From Candidatus Spyradenecus sp. (lineage in GTDB: Bacteria > Verrucomicrobiota > Verrucomicrobiia > Opitutales > UBA953): a stretch of 64,000 bases of DNA. A model generated the notes under the pieces. That model was given only the letters and a program-made list of their open reading frames with translations, did not search any database and was not told the origin of the DNA. Where the stretch lies: NCBI GenBank assembly GCA_045535075.1, contig JAZSKX010000005.1, forward strand, positions 1 through 64,000, read 5' to 3'. The position numbers and the translations under genes are program-made. Below are positions 9,803 to 19,737 of the stretch, one piece after another. Within the stretch, counting starts at the first letter, position 1, and every line of letters starts with the position of its first letter.

Positions 9803-10786
9803 CTACCGTCCCGCTTCCTGCGGGAACAGAAAGTCGGCAAAAATCATTCGATGGTCGCTTGCATAAACAAGTTTGCCGCCCGGAAGCGTCTTTCTTGCAA
9901 ACGCCTCATCGGCAATGCGCTCGCTATTCGGAAGTTTAAATTTCTCCGCTTCCCGTGAAATAAAGAAGTGATCAAACACGCGTTTTCCGTTCATTTTCAG
10001 ATAGCGATAAGTCCATGTTTCTCCCGACGAATCGCGCAAATTCAAACGCCTCATTCCGCAGTTTTTCGTAATCCTACGAACCGGCTCACTCTCCGGAAAA
10101 TCATTAAAATCGCCAAGCAAAATGCAGTATTCGCCGCCCGAGCGATCCAGTTCTTTCCCGACATAATCCGCCTCGGCGAGGCGCTCGGCGGCGCATTCCG
10201 GATCTTCGGCGCTTCGCGAAAGCTTACTTTTCAGATGAACCGTAAAAATTCTCAACGGTTTCGTTCCCGCCGGAATCTGCACGCCGAGCAATCCGCGCGA
10301 CATTATTTCCTCTTCAGGAAAACGGAAAACCGTTTCGAACGGAAGTCGCGAAATAATTCCGATTCGACGGTGTGTATCGCGTCCGTTCAAGCAAACGCGA
10401 TGCGGGAACGCCAATCCGGTTTCCCGCGCCAAATCACCCGCAAGTTCATCCAAATGAGCTTCGTCACCGACTTCCTGAAGCGCTACGACATCGGGGCGAA
10501 TCACATCGAAAAGTTTCCACATTGCCGCGCGCTCGGCTCGCGGTTTCGCCCAACGCCGCTTAAATCTTCCGTCCGCAGTATAGCGATTTGTACTTAAATA
10601 ATTTTTACAATTCATTGAAGCAATGCGTAGCGTTCCCGTAGGTTTTTCGGGAATTTTTCCGATATCAACAATCTCGGGAAGCGGCGAAAAATCAGGCTCC
10701 GCGAAGCGGACGGAAAGTAAACAAAAAAATATTGCGCTCGCCGTGAAGGCAAACGCAATAAAAACGTTTTTTGACTGCAAGCGCAT
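9803..10786 (-). CDS. Endonuclease/exonuclease/phosphatase (EEP) family protein, N-terminal membrane anchor
   Basis: ASMN, DVVALQEV, VHLKS, LGDFND, FDHFF, ASDH. Confidence 0.9.
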   Translation of the reverse strand: MRLQSKNVFIAFAFTASAIFFCLLSVRFAEPDFSPLPEIVDIGKIPEKPTGTLRIASMNCKNYLSTNRYTADGRFKRRWAKPRAERAAMWKLFDVIRPDVVALQEVGDEAHLDELAGDLARETGLAFPHRVCLNGRDTHRRIGIISRLPFETVFRFPEEEIMSRGLLGVQIPAGTKPLRIFTVHLKSKLSRSAEDPECAAERLAEADYVGKELDRSGGEYCILLGDFNDFPESEPVRRITKNCGMRRLNLRDSSGETWTYRYLKMNGKRVFDHFFISREAEKFKLPNSERIADEAFARKTLPGGKLVYASDHRMIFADFLFPQEAGR

Positions 10787-10802
10787 TCGGGGCGAATAGC
10801 AA

Positions 10803-11585
10803 TCAGGAACTCAGCGCCGAGACCAGCGTTTCGCCGTCGGCAACGAAAAACCGACCGCAAGCCTGAAAGGAATTTTTCCCGGATTCGCGATCTTTCCCTT
10901 CGATCAAAAACGTATCGCCGTCGAGCGTTCCCGAGACAACAAGATCTTCGCCGAATTGCATCGCACGGTTGAAGTTGATTTGAAGCTCGGAAAAATGAAC
11001 AAGTTTCCCGATTTTCTTTGCCACCCAATCCAACGCGTACTGACAATAATAGGAATTATTCAGGTGATTGTTCAAATCGATGTGCGACGCACGAATATTA
11101 TGAATAACGGGATCCGAAGGATTTTCCGGAAGCGGTAGCTTATCGAGAACCGGGAAGAAATCCTCGCGGTTTTCATTGTCTTTGAGATTTAAGCCAAGCG
11201 CCACAGCCGGCGGGCGCGGGCGCATCACGGGAACTTCCACGCTAAGCCAAAAACTCGACGCATAGCCGAAACGCTCGCCTGTTTTCGCGGACGAAAGAAC
11301 AAACTGGCGCTTCGCGAAAAGGCGGTCGACCCCGTTATGGTACGTTTCGACGCGAACAACATCATCGTAGTGCGGCGAAGCATCCAGATGAATTTTCAAG
11401 CGCGAGAGCACCCAAATAAGCTTCTTTTCGCGAATAGCGCTCATTCCAAAGCCGAGGCTTTCCGCATGAACCGCTGCCAAATGCTGAAGGTAATCAAACC
11501 AGACGTGGCGGCGCAACGTACCGTCCGGTGCGCATTCGTTCATGCGCACCGGAATGTCACAAATCAAAGATTTTTTGTCCTCCAT
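10803..11585 (-). CDS. Acyl-ACP thioesterase
   Basis: WVLSR, IDLNNHLNNSYY; tandem hot-dog fold length. Confidence 0.88.
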   Translation of the reverse strand: MEDKKSLICDIPVRMNECAPDGTLRRHVWFDYLQHLAAVHAESLGFGMSAIREKKLIWVLSRLKIHLDASPHYDDVVRVETYHNGVDRLFAKRQFVLSSAKTGERFGYASSFWLSVEVPVMRPRPPAVALGLNLKDNENREDFFPVLDKLPLPENPSDPVIHNIRASHIDLNNHLNNSYYCQYALDWVAKKIGKLVHFSELQINFNRAMQFGEDLVVSGTLDGDTFLIEGKDRESGKNSFQACGRFFVADGETLVSALSS

Positions 11586-11588
11586 GAT

Positions 11589-13316
11589 TTACTTCAGATT
11601 TTTAATACCTTCAGCGAAAGCATCAAAATCGTATTCATACTCGCAGGTCCAATGCAATTCGAGCGCGGTTCCGTTGCGGCGCAAAGCAATTCCGGAAATC
11701 GATTTCTTCGTCAGCGCCAACGTCAGCTCATGAAAACTGATTGCCATGCGGATTCCGTCGCGTTCTTCCTCCGGAAGTTCCGGATTATTCTGCGCATATT
11801 CGAGAAGAGCAAGCTGAACTTCCGTTCCCGTACGGTCATTCATAAACCATTCAAGCGCATTTTCTCCGGCGAGTTTTTCCGCAAGCGAGTTGAACGTTCC
11901 CGTGTCTTCTGCGGATTTCCCCTTGCCTTTCGCGAGCGCGAGCGCTGCGGGAGCGTCGAAAAGATTGGAAACATACACACTGTTTTTCCCGAGCATCGCG
12001 TATTTAATGCCGAAGAAAAGAGAAGAAAATACTTCCGAACCGTCGATACTTTGTTTTTGCGCCATCGGGTTGTTCCCGTCAAAAAACGCCGCAACACCCG
12101 AATCTTCAAGCAACACATCGGTGTTCCCGCAATCAAGCTTCAAAAAGACATCGGGAAGATTCATGTAATCGCCGGATACCGCCGAAGCGATTTTCTTTGC
12201 GTTCCCGAGCGAGACGTAGAGACGTTGCGCATCCAAGCGGCGAAGCTTATCCAATCCTTCTTCCGGGATTTTCGCTTCTTTTGCCAGTTCATCGCTCAAT
12301 TTCGGAATGCCGAGCCCAGCCGCATAATCCGCGCCGGGAAGCGCGTTAGCCAAGGTCGCAAGTTTATTTTTCGCCATCGAAGCTACAAGGTCGTGGATAT
12401 AATTCGGCTTGTGGAATTCGGCTCGTACAAGCGCATTCGCCGTTTTTTCCGTAAGTGAAATATTCACAAATGCGGACAGACTTTCCGCAGTCTCACGGAG
12501 GATTTTTTCCGTCGGAGTCGCGTCTTTTTTGTTCGGACAGCACTTTTTAATTTCATCGAAATTAAGCAAAGCAACGAAATTATACGCCCCTACGCCATTA
12601 GCCGCTTTTTTGAAAATCGCAGAATCTTTCAGCGATTCCGCCGGAGGATTGGAAGCGGAGGCTTCAAAATCGGATAACTTATCCTCAGACGATGCCACGA
12701 TGACCTCGTTCCCGCAGAACGCAAAGACGACGGAAATTTTCTCTTCGGAATAAACGTAAAGCGTTTTTTCGCCCTTTACTTCCCGCGTCCACGTTCCCGC
12801 GCCATGCCCGCGCACTTCATTTTCTTTTTTACAGCAAATTAAAAAATGTTCGATTGCCTCGGCATAAGGCTTCGCCATCGTTGCCGCGAAAATAAAAGGC
12901 ACTTCTCCTTTCTCGCAGGCGTCCGCGTTCCCGTCGAAGTAAGAGACAAAGGCGAAGGAAGCCGGAGCCACCTTGCACGCTTTTTCAAGCATCTCACGAG
13001 GATCGACACCGCACAGCCAGCGCTCGAAAAAATATTTTACATCCGGAGACGCGCTCAGTGATTTTTCAAAACGTTCGGCAAGCGCCGTATTTCCGTTTAT
13101 CGCCTCGACGACTTTATTCCAGTTTCCTTCTTCGGCGGAATCAATCTGTTCTTCCAAGGGAATGAATCCGCCGGCAAAAAACGCTGCGCCTGCGGGAACG
13201 CGCTCCATCAGCGCATCAAAGGCTTCTTCCGAGGGATCTTTCTTTTGCCCGCAAGCGGAAAATAAAATCGAAGCTCCGGCAAATAATACAGTGATAATAA
13301 GGGATTTCAGTTTCAT
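11589..13316 (-). CDS. Hypothetical lipoprotein
   Basis: Lipobox LFSAC; 575-aa ORF. Confidence 0.75.
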   Translation of the reverse strand: MKLKSLIITVLFAGASILFSACGQKKDPSEEAFDALMERVPAGAAFFAGGFIPLEEQIDSAEEGNWNKVVEAINGNTALAERFEKSLSASPDVKYFFERWLCGVDPREMLEKACKVAPASFAFVSYFDGNADACEKGEVPFIFAATMAKPYAEAIEHFLICCKKENEVRGHGAGTWTREVKGEKTLYVYSEEKISVVFAFCGNEVIVASSEDKLSDFEASASNPPAESLKDSAIFKKAANGVGAYNFVALLNFDEIKKCCPNKKDATPTEKILRETAESLSAFVNISLTEKTANALVRAEFHKPNYIHDLVASMAKNKLATLANALPGADYAAGLGIPKLSDELAKEAKIPEEGLDKLRRLDAQRLYVSLGNAKKIASAVSGDYMNLPDVFLKLDCGNTDVLLEDSGVAAFFDGNNPMAQKQSIDGSEVFSSLFFGIKYAMLGKNSVYVSNLFDAPAALALAKGKGKSAEDTGTFNSLAEKLAGENALEWFMNDRTGTEVQLALLEYAQNNPELPEEERDGIRMAISFHELTLALTKKSISGIALRRNGTALELHWTCEYEYDFDAFAEGIKNLK

Positions 13317-13341
13317 AAAATTTTTAGTTTTTTCGATTGAT

Positions 13342-13387
13342 AAAAAAACGAGGCATTAAAGACAAATCAGTCTTTAAGCCTCGTTTC
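13342..13387 (-). terminator. Intrinsic terminator after nagA (stem not built from the motif)
   Basis: AAACGAGGC-A-TTAAAGAC / GTCTTTAA-GCCTCGTTT; A7 on + gives a U tract on -. Confidence 0.75.
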
Positions 13388-13403
13388 TCATTGTCGTTCC
13401 CGC

Positions 13404-14549
13404 TTAGCGCGTGAACTTGCAAACGCCGTCAACGAAGGTTTTCGTGACGAGGTAATCGTCGCCGAGCAGGACGAAGTCCGCCGCATAGCCCGGAGCGATT
13501 TTTCCGACATCGTAAAGCCCGAGCGATTGCGCCTGATTCCATGCCGTCGCCTTGACGATTTCGCTGAGCGGCAAGCCCGTGATTTCGCGAATATTGCGAA
13601 TACCGAGCGAGTAATTGAGCGTCGATCCCGCGAGATTTCCGGACATAAGACGCGCTTCGCCGTTTTTGACCATAATCGGCAAACCGCCGAGTTGCGAAGG
13701 TCCGTCCGGCAAACCGGAGCAAGCGAGCGAGTCCGTGATCATCATGATGCGTTCCGGCGTCATAACTTTGAACGCGGTTGCAAGCATGTCCGGGCAAAGG
13801 TGAACCTTGTCGCAAATCATTTCCGCCTTGATCGTGGAATCGAGGAAGCCGGAACCTACCAAGCCGATTTCGCGGTGGTGGAGCGGCGACATCTGATTGC
13901 AGAAGTGCGTAAGGTGCGCCAATCCGGCAGCCTTTGCCGCCTTAAACTGCGCGTAAGTCGCGGCACTGTGCCCGGCGGAGCAACGCACGCCGAGAGCGGT
14001 CGCCTTCGCGATAAAATCGAGCGCGCCGTCGAGTTCCGGAGCCATCGTGATGACGAGAACGGGAGCGATTTTGTTCAGTTTTTCGACGATTTCGTAGTCC
14101 GGATTCTTCAAAAAGTCCGGATTCTGAGCGCCGCACATTTTCGGGTTCACGAACGGACCTTCGAGGTGCACACCGGGAACTTTGACCGAACGCGGAGCCT
14201 TGCGGTATTCCGCAACGGCGTTCATGACTTTTTCAAGCGTATCGTAGCCGAGCGTGAGCGTTGTCGGAAGCCAGCTCGTTACACCTTCCTTTACTTTGCA
14301 GTCCACGATTTTGTGGAGTGCTTCGACCGTGCCGTCGCAAGTATCCGCGCCGCCGGCGCCGTGCGAGTGAATATCGATAAAGCCCGGCATGAGCATTTGC
14401 CCGCCGGCATCGATCACTTCGTCCGCAGCGGGAACGGGAACGCCCGCGCCGAGAACCTGCGTGAATTTTCCGTCTTCGACGAGAACGGAACCGCCGGCGA
14501 TATCGACGCCCGGCGAGATGATGTGTGCATTTTTGATTAACGTTTTCAT
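13404..14549 (-). CDS. nagA: N-acetylglucosamine-6-phosphate deacetylase
   Basis: PGFIDIHSHG, HLEGPF, APE, GHS, THFCNQM, LAGS. Confidence 0.95.
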   Translation of the reverse strand: MKTLIKNAHIISPGVDIAGGSVLVEDGKFTQVLGAGVPVPAADEVIDAGGQMLMPGFIDIHSHGAGGADTCDGTVEALHKIVDCKVKEGVTSWLPTTLTLGYDTLEKVMNAVAEYRKAPRSVKVPGVHLEGPFVNPKMCGAQNPDFLKNPDYEIVEKLNKIAPVLVITMAPELDGALDFIAKATALGVRCSAGHSAATYAQFKAAKAAGLAHLTHFCNQMSPLHHREIGLVGSGFLDSTIKAEMICDKVHLCPDMLATAFKVMTPERIMMITDSLACSGLPDGPSQLGGLPIMVKNGEARLMSGNLAGSTLNYSLGIRNIREITGLPLSEIVKATAWNQAQSLGLYDVGKIAPGYAADFVLLGDDYLVTKTFVDGVCKFTR

Positions 14550-14580
14550 ATTTTAAATCTCCGATAGGTTTGAAATATTT

Positions 14581-15654
14581 TTAAACAATCGCAGGACGAT
14601 AAATCGTCGTGCTCGAATAGGGACGCCCGGGAACAAGCAAATTCGGGCGCAAATGCCCCCGGTTGATTGCGTCAGGTGCGTGCTGCGTTTCCAGTGCAAT
14701 TCCCGCATTGTCTTTGTAAGCAACACCGCCCTTTCCGCGTGCGGCTTCGCAGGCATCTTCAAGCCAGTTGCCGGAATAAACCTGCATGCCGGGTTCCGTC
14801 GTTTCGACAGTCATCGCACGCCCGTTTTCTTCGCAAAGAAGCGTTCCCGCCGGGCGGAGCGTTCCCGCGGCGCCGTTGACAAGGTAGCAATGATCGTAGC
14901 CTTTTGCATACGCGAGTTGGCGCGCATTTTTCGCATGAATGCGCTCCCCGATTTTGTGGAAGACGCGAAAACTGAACGGACGTAAGCCGTTGACATGCCA
15001 AACCTCGCCGGTAGGAATCGCCGTTTCGTCCGTCGGCAGGAAAAGATCGGCTTCAAGTTTCAGCCATTGGTCGAGAATCGTTCCCGAAGCATGTCCGGCA
15101 AGATTGAAATAGGCGTGGTTCGTCAGATTGATCGGTGTTGCCTTGTCGGTTTCCGCCGCATAATCAATGCGTACGGCACCGTCTTCACAAAGGGTGTAAA
15201 GCACGGAAACTTTGACATTCCCCGGATAACCTTCTTCGCCGTCGGGAGAAACGCGCGAAAAGCGCACCGCCGGTTCACTTTCGTTCCCGCAGATTTCCGC
15301 CGTCCAAACATACGCATTAAATCCGCGTTTCCCGCCGTGAAGGTGATTCGGTCCGTTATTTACGGCAAGCGAATATTCCGCGCCGTCGAGCGTAAATTTC
15401 CCTCCGGCGATACGGTTGGCAACGCGCCCGCAAACGGCTCCTGCGTAGGCCTGTTGCTCAAGATAAGCCTCGGCGGAATCGAAGCCGAGGAGAACATCTT
15501 CAAATTTACCGTCGCGATCCGGCGTAAACCACGCGACCCAAGTTGCGCCGAGATCCGTGAACGAAGCGGAAAATCCTTTCGCATTCGTTAAGGAGAAAAG
15601 AGTTGCGGGAACGCCGTCGGCATTACCGAAAGGTTTGGTCGAAACGTTGTTCAT
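14581..15654 (-). CDS. galM: Aldose 1-epimerase (mutarotase)
   Basis: GRVANRI, NHLHGG, NLTNHAYFNL, GYDHCY, LETQ. Confidence 0.95.
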   Translation of the reverse strand: MNNVSTKPFGNADGVPATLFSLTNAKGFSASFTDLGATWVAWFTPDRDGKFEDVLLGFDSAEAYLEQQAYAGAVCGRVANRIAGGKFTLDGAEYSLAVNNGPNHLHGGKRGFNAYVWTAEICGNESEPAVRFSRVSPDGEEGYPGNVKVSVLYTLCEDGAVRIDYAAETDKATPINLTNHAYFNLAGHASGTILDQWLKLEADLFLPTDETAIPTGEVWHVNGLRPFSFRVFHKIGERIHAKNARQLAYAKGYDHCYLVNGAAGTLRPAGTLLCEENGRAMTVETTEPGMQVYSGNWLEDACEAARGKGGVAYKDNAGIALETQHAPDAINRGHLRPNLLVPGRPYSSTTIYRPAIV

Positions 15655-15687
15655 AAATAATTTTTAAATTGTCTAAAAAAAGTGAGG

Positions 15688-16098
15688 CTAACGCAATAAA
15701 AACGGAAGTAGAAGCCGGGCTGCGGCGATCAGCAAAACGCTGAGATAAAACGCCGAAATCATCGCCGAAAAGCCGAGAGAAAAAACGATACGCCCGCCGC
15801 CGCTCAGCGTTCCCGCGACATTGTTGCGTCCGGCAAGAGCGAAAGTCCGAAGAGATAACACAAGCGCGACGGCAAGAACCGTCCAAGCGATCACGCGATT
15901 CCATTCCAAAACTCCGCAAGCGAATCCTTCGTGAACGCCAAGTTCTTCCGCCCGCACTGCCAGCTCCACGAGGGTCGAATGCGAAGCGATTCCGACAGCA
16001 ATTGCCAGCGCGGGAACGGCAAAAGTGAAAAACGCGGCGAACGCACAAACGATGCGCGGGAGATTATCTTTTCGGGGCGATTTTTTCTGCGTCTCCAT
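15688..16098 (-). CDS. Hypothetical membrane protein
   Basis: Three hydrophobic segments; fills the gap between co-oriented genes. Confidence 0.55.
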   Translation of the reverse strand: METQKKSPRKDNLPRIVCAFAAFFTFAVPALAIAVGIASHSTLVELAVRAEELGVHEGFACGVLEWNRVIAWTVLAVALVLSLRTFALAGRNNVAGTLSGGGRIVFSLGFSAMISAFYLSVLLIAAARLLLPFLLR

Positions 16099-16138
16099 AG
16101 CAAAATAATCTATGCGGAAAACGCCGCTCCGCGCAATT

Positions 16139-17449
16139 TTATTTCACGGCATTGCAAGCGGAATCCGAAAGGCGACGTTCCCGTGAGAGCGAGCTCAAAT
16201 TTGCGCCGCTCGGTTTTTGGAACGGGCGCAAATTAAATTCAGGCATAATCGCAAGCAGGTGATCAAAAATATCGCTTTGAATATTTTCATAAACCGCCCA
16301 ACGCGTATCGTTCGTAAAAACGTAAATTTCAAGCGGCAAGCCCGTCGGACCGGGATTGAGCTGGCGCACGAGCATCGTCATGCCCTGAGCGATTTTTGAG
16401 GATGATTTTAAATACGCAACGCAATAAGCCCGAAACGTTCCGACATTGGTAAGGTGGCGCGCATTCGCATTGGAAACTTGTTCTTCTGCCGGAAGATTCG
16501 AACGTTCTTCAGAAATTTCTTTGAGTTTTTGGTCAAGATACGGGCGTAAAATACGAATTTTTTTCCAGTGTTCAATTTCCGCCTCCGTCGCAAAATGCAC
16601 GGTTTCCATATCAATGTTGATCGCCCGCTTAATCCGCCGCCCGCCGGATTCCTCCATCGCGCGCCAGTTTTTAAACGAAGTCGAAATCAGCGAATATGCG
16701 GGAATGCTCGAAACCGTATTGTCCCAATTGGAAACCTTGATTGTCGTTAACGAAACATCTTTAACCTCTCCGTCCACGTGCAAGTCCGGGATTTCGATCC
16801 AGTCTTTTTTTCTCACCAAATCGTTGGCGGAAATCATAATTCCCGCCGTAAATCCCAGCAGCGTATCGCGGAAAACCAACATGATAACCGCCATGATCGC
16901 GCCCAAGCCCGAGAGAAAATAAAGCGGAGATTTATCAAAAATAATTGAAACCGCCCAGATTCCGACGCCTAACCCGACCAAGAGCTTTAAGGCCTGAAAA
17001 ATACTCTTCACGGGAACGCCTTTAAGCGTCTCGGACTTGTCGCTGATTGCAATTGACGCGTTTAATATCGAAAAAAGCACTCCGGCAACGGCAAGCGCAA
17101 CGTAAAGATTCGCGCCAAGCGAAAAAATCTTTTCCGCCGTTTGCTCTCCGGAAAAAAACAGCGGCGTCATGCGCACGCACAAAATCGCAACAATCAAATG
17201 AGCCAAGCGAATCGGCAATTTCTTCTCACAAAGTTCGTCGTCCCAAGCTGTCCGAGTTCTGCGGGAAATCAACTCCAAGGCAACGGTAATCAGCCGGCGT
17301 ACACAAACCGAAATTCCCGAAATGCACAGAACGAAAAATGCGGCACATAGCACAATTGCCGTTCCCGTCCCCAAAACGCTTGCCGCTTCGCCCTCGACGC
17401 CAAACTCCGAAAACATTTTTCCGAAAAGCTCAATCAGATACGCAATCAT
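16139..17449 (-). CDS. MscS-family mechanosensitive channel (YbdG/MscM-like)
   Basis: LVFRDTLLGF, DGEV.DVSLTTIKVSNWDNT, SFKNWR.M.ESGGRRIKR, GLPLEIY, IQSDIFDHL. Confidence 0.93.
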   Translation of the reverse strand: MIAYLIELFGKMFSEFGVEGEAASVLGTGTAIVLCAAFFVLCISGISVCVRRLITVALELISRRTRTAWDDELCEKKLPIRLAHLIVAILCVRMTPLFFSGEQTAEKIFSLGANLYVALAVAGVLFSILNASIAISDKSETLKGVPVKSIFQALKLLVGLGVGIWAVSIIFDKSPLYFLSGLGAIMAVIMLVFRDTLLGFTAGIMISANDLVRKKDWIEIPDLHVDGEVKDVSLTTIKVSNWDNTVSSIPAYSLISTSFKNWRAMEESGGRRIKRAINIDMETVHFATEAEIEHWKKIRILRPYLDQKLKEISEERSNLPAEEQVSNANARHLTNVGTFRAYCVAYLKSSSKIAQGMTMLVRQLNPGPTGLPLEIYVFTNDTRWAVYENIQSDIFDHLLAIMPEFNLRPFQKPSGANLSSLSRERRLSDSACNAVK

Positions 17450-17465
17450 GTTGAAAATTTAAATT

Positions 17466-17502
17466 AAAAGCGTTCCCGCGAAAACAAAAATCACGGGAAC
17501 GC
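17466..17502 (-). terminator. Terminator after hom formed by an inverted motif pair
   Basis: Minus strand GCGTTCCCGTGA...TCGCGGGAACGC-TTTT; the mismatch is G-U only on the minus strand. Confidence 0.8.
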
Positions 17503-17525
17503 CCTTTGACGCATTTTTATTAAAA

Positions 17526-18857
17526 CTACTCGCGTGTCGGCTCGTAGATGCGGAGCAGAAGCGGCGCAGTGAGAATTTGCGGGAGCGTTTTAAGCTCGTC
17601 GACAACGCGTTCCATGACGGCTTCCGAGGTCGGATACGTCGCGAGCGTAATCGTGCCGCGGCGTTCGCCCGGATGTTCATAAGTAACGACGCGGGCGACG
17701 GAAACGCCGTGTTTGGCGAGCACGGAATAGAAGCCGACGAGCGTTCCCGGCTCGTCCAAAATCGAAATGCGCAGGTAAAACTTCGAGCGGATTTCGTCCA
17801 TCGTTGCCATGCGCGCGGTTTCGCCGAGGCGGTAGCAGGCGTCGATGTCGCTGGGCGTGAGGAATTTGTGCGCGTCGTCGCGAATGCCGATCATCGCGTC
17901 GACGATGTCGCTGATGACGGCGGAGGAAGTTGCGTCCTGCCCGGCGCCGCGCCCGATGAGAATCGTCGTTCCCGCGACGTCGCCGGAAAGCTTAATCGCG
18001 TTGTAAACGCCGTCGACGCGTGCGAGTGTTTTGTCGAGCGGAATGAGCGCGGGATAAACGCCGAGCGAGAGCGCGCCGGTTTTGAAATTGCGGCGAATCA
18101 TGCCGAGCAGCTTGATGCGATAGCCGAAGTCGCGCGCGCGGTGCATGTCTTCAAGCGTAACGTTGCGAATGCCTTCGACGAGGGCGTCGCGCTCGGAAAC
18201 CCATTTCCCGTGAGCGAGAAACGCGAGAATAACGGCTTTGTGAAACGCGTCCCAGCCGTCGAGGTCAAGACGGTCGTCCGCTTCGACGTAGCCGAGTTTT
18301 TTCGCGTCCTGCAAAATTTCCTCGTAGGATTTTCCCTCCGCTTCCATGCGGGAGAGAATGTAATTGCAGGTGCCGTTGATAATGCCCGCGATGGATTCAA
18401 AGCGGTTGGCGACCAAGCCTTCGCGCAGGGTTTTAATAATCGGAATCCCGCCGGCGACGGACGCTTCAAAGTAGTAATGCCCGCCGTGCGCCTTGACTGC
18501 GTCGAAAACTTCGCGCCCGAATTCGTAAATAAGCGCTTTGTTCGCGGAAACGACGACTTTGCCGAGCTTGAGCGCGGCGAGCGTGTAATCTTTCGCCTTC
18601 GTCGTGCCGCCCATGAGTTCGCAAACGATGTTCACGTCCGGGTGGTTGACGACTTCCGTCGGGTCGAGCGTCAAAACTTCCGCGGGAACGCTCACGCCGC
18701 GTTCGCGCTTGAGATCGCGCACGGCGATTTTCGGGAACGCGATCGAAACGCCAAGGCGTTCTTCGAGTTCTTCGCGTTGTGATTGCAGGTGCTTCCAAAC
18801 GCCCTGCCCGACCGTGCCGAAGCCGATAAATCCGATACCGATTTTTGTTTTATTCAT
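17526..18857 (-). CDS. hom: Homoserine dehydrogenase with C-terminal ACT domain
   Basis: GFGTVG, VVSANK, FEASVAGGIP, NGTCNYIL, GRGAG. Confidence 0.96.
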   Translation of the reverse strand: MNKTKIGIGFIGFGTVGQGVWKHLQSQREELEERLGVSIAFPKIAVRDLKRERGVSVPAEVLTLDPTEVVNHPDVNIVCELMGGTTKAKDYTLAALKLGKVVVSANKALIYEFGREVFDAVKAHGGHYYFEASVAGGIPIIKTLREGLVANRFESIAGIINGTCNYILSRMEAEGKSYEEILQDAKKLGYVEADDRLDLDGWDAFHKAVILAFLAHGKWVSERDALVEGIRNVTLEDMHRARDFGYRIKLLGMIRRNFKTGALSLGVYPALIPLDKTLARVDGVYNAIKLSGDVAGTTILIGRGAGQDATSSAVISDIVDAMIGIRDDAHKFLTPSDIDACYRLGETARMATMDEIRSKFYLRISILDEPGTLVGFYSVLAKHGVSVARVVTYEHPGERRGTITLATYPTSEAVMERVVDELKTLPQILTAPLLLRIYEPTRE

Positions 18858-18869
18858 TTTTTGTTTTTT

Positions 18870-18954
18870 GGCTTTTAGCTGTTAGCGATTGGCTCTTGGT
18901 TTTTAACCGGGTCCCGCCAAACGCCCTCTTTAATCTTTAAACTTTAATCTTTAA
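18870..18954. repeat. Two heptamer tandem arrays in the plsY-hom spacer
   Basis: GGCTTTT AGCTGTT AGCGATT GGCTCTT GGTTTTT (18870-18904) and TCTTTAA TCTTTAA ACTTTAA TCTTTAA (18927-18954). Confidence 0.7.
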
Positions 18955-18956
18955 TC

Positions 18957-19619
18957 CTATTTCTTAAACGAATTCTCTTCGCCGCGCATCAGGCGAACAA
19001 TATTTGAACGATGCATGATGATGATGAAAATCGCAATCACGAGGCAGAAGCCGACATGAATCGTCGTATAGCCGAGCGAGGGGAAAAATTTCGCCAAAAT
19101 CATCGATGTCAGCGGCAGAGAAAGCCCGAAAACCATCGAAGCGATGGCGACGATGCGCGTCGGGAAATAAACCGCGAGCCAAACGACAATGCCGACGAGC
19201 ACGGCAATCGGCATTGCGCCGAGAAGCCCGCCGATAGTCGTCGAAACGCCCTTCCCGCCTTTAAATTTCAGGAAAATCGAAAAGCAATGCCCGAGAAGCG
19301 CTCCCGCGAAACCGCAGAGCTGCGCGACGGCGATCGCGTGCGGCCAGTTTTGCGCGGCGGCGGGATCGGTCGGCTCCAGCGCGCCCATCAGCAACCACGG
19401 CCAAAACGCCGCGACAAAGCCTTTGAGCATATCGAGAATGAAAACGAGATTGCCGGCAAATTTCCCGCAAGTGCGCTTCACGTTGGTCGCGCCGGGATTA
19501 CCGCTTCCCGCCGTTAAAATATTTACGCCGTAACGTTTTGCGACGATGACCGCAAACGGGATCGCGCCGAGAAAATATCCGATAATCAGAGCTGCCGCCG
19601 AAAAGAAAACTTCTGTCAT
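18957..19619 (-). CDS. plsY: Glycerol-3-phosphate acyltransferase PlsY
   Basis: GSGNPGATN, DMLKG, GHCF...FKGGKGV, HRSNI.RL. Confidence 0.96.
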   Translation of the reverse strand: MTEVFFSAAALIIGYFLGAIPFAVIVAKRYGVNILTAGSGNPGATNVKRTCGKFAGNLVFILDMLKGFVAAFWPWLLMGALEPTDPAAAQNWPHAIAVAQLCGFAGALLGHCFSIFLKFKGGKGVSTTIGGLLGAMPIAVLVGIVVWLAVYFPTRIVAIASMVFGLSLPLTSMILAKFFPSLGYTTIHVGFCLVIAIFIIIMHRSNIVRLMRGEENSFKK

Positions 19620-19737
19620 ATTCGTTTTATTCTAGCTCATCTTGCTCTCTTCCCGCAAATCAGAATTTGCAGTTCTCCTATTTCTCTCATCCTTGCGCTT
19701 GCAAAGCGCCGACCGCCGTCAGAAAATCCGTCTTCAT

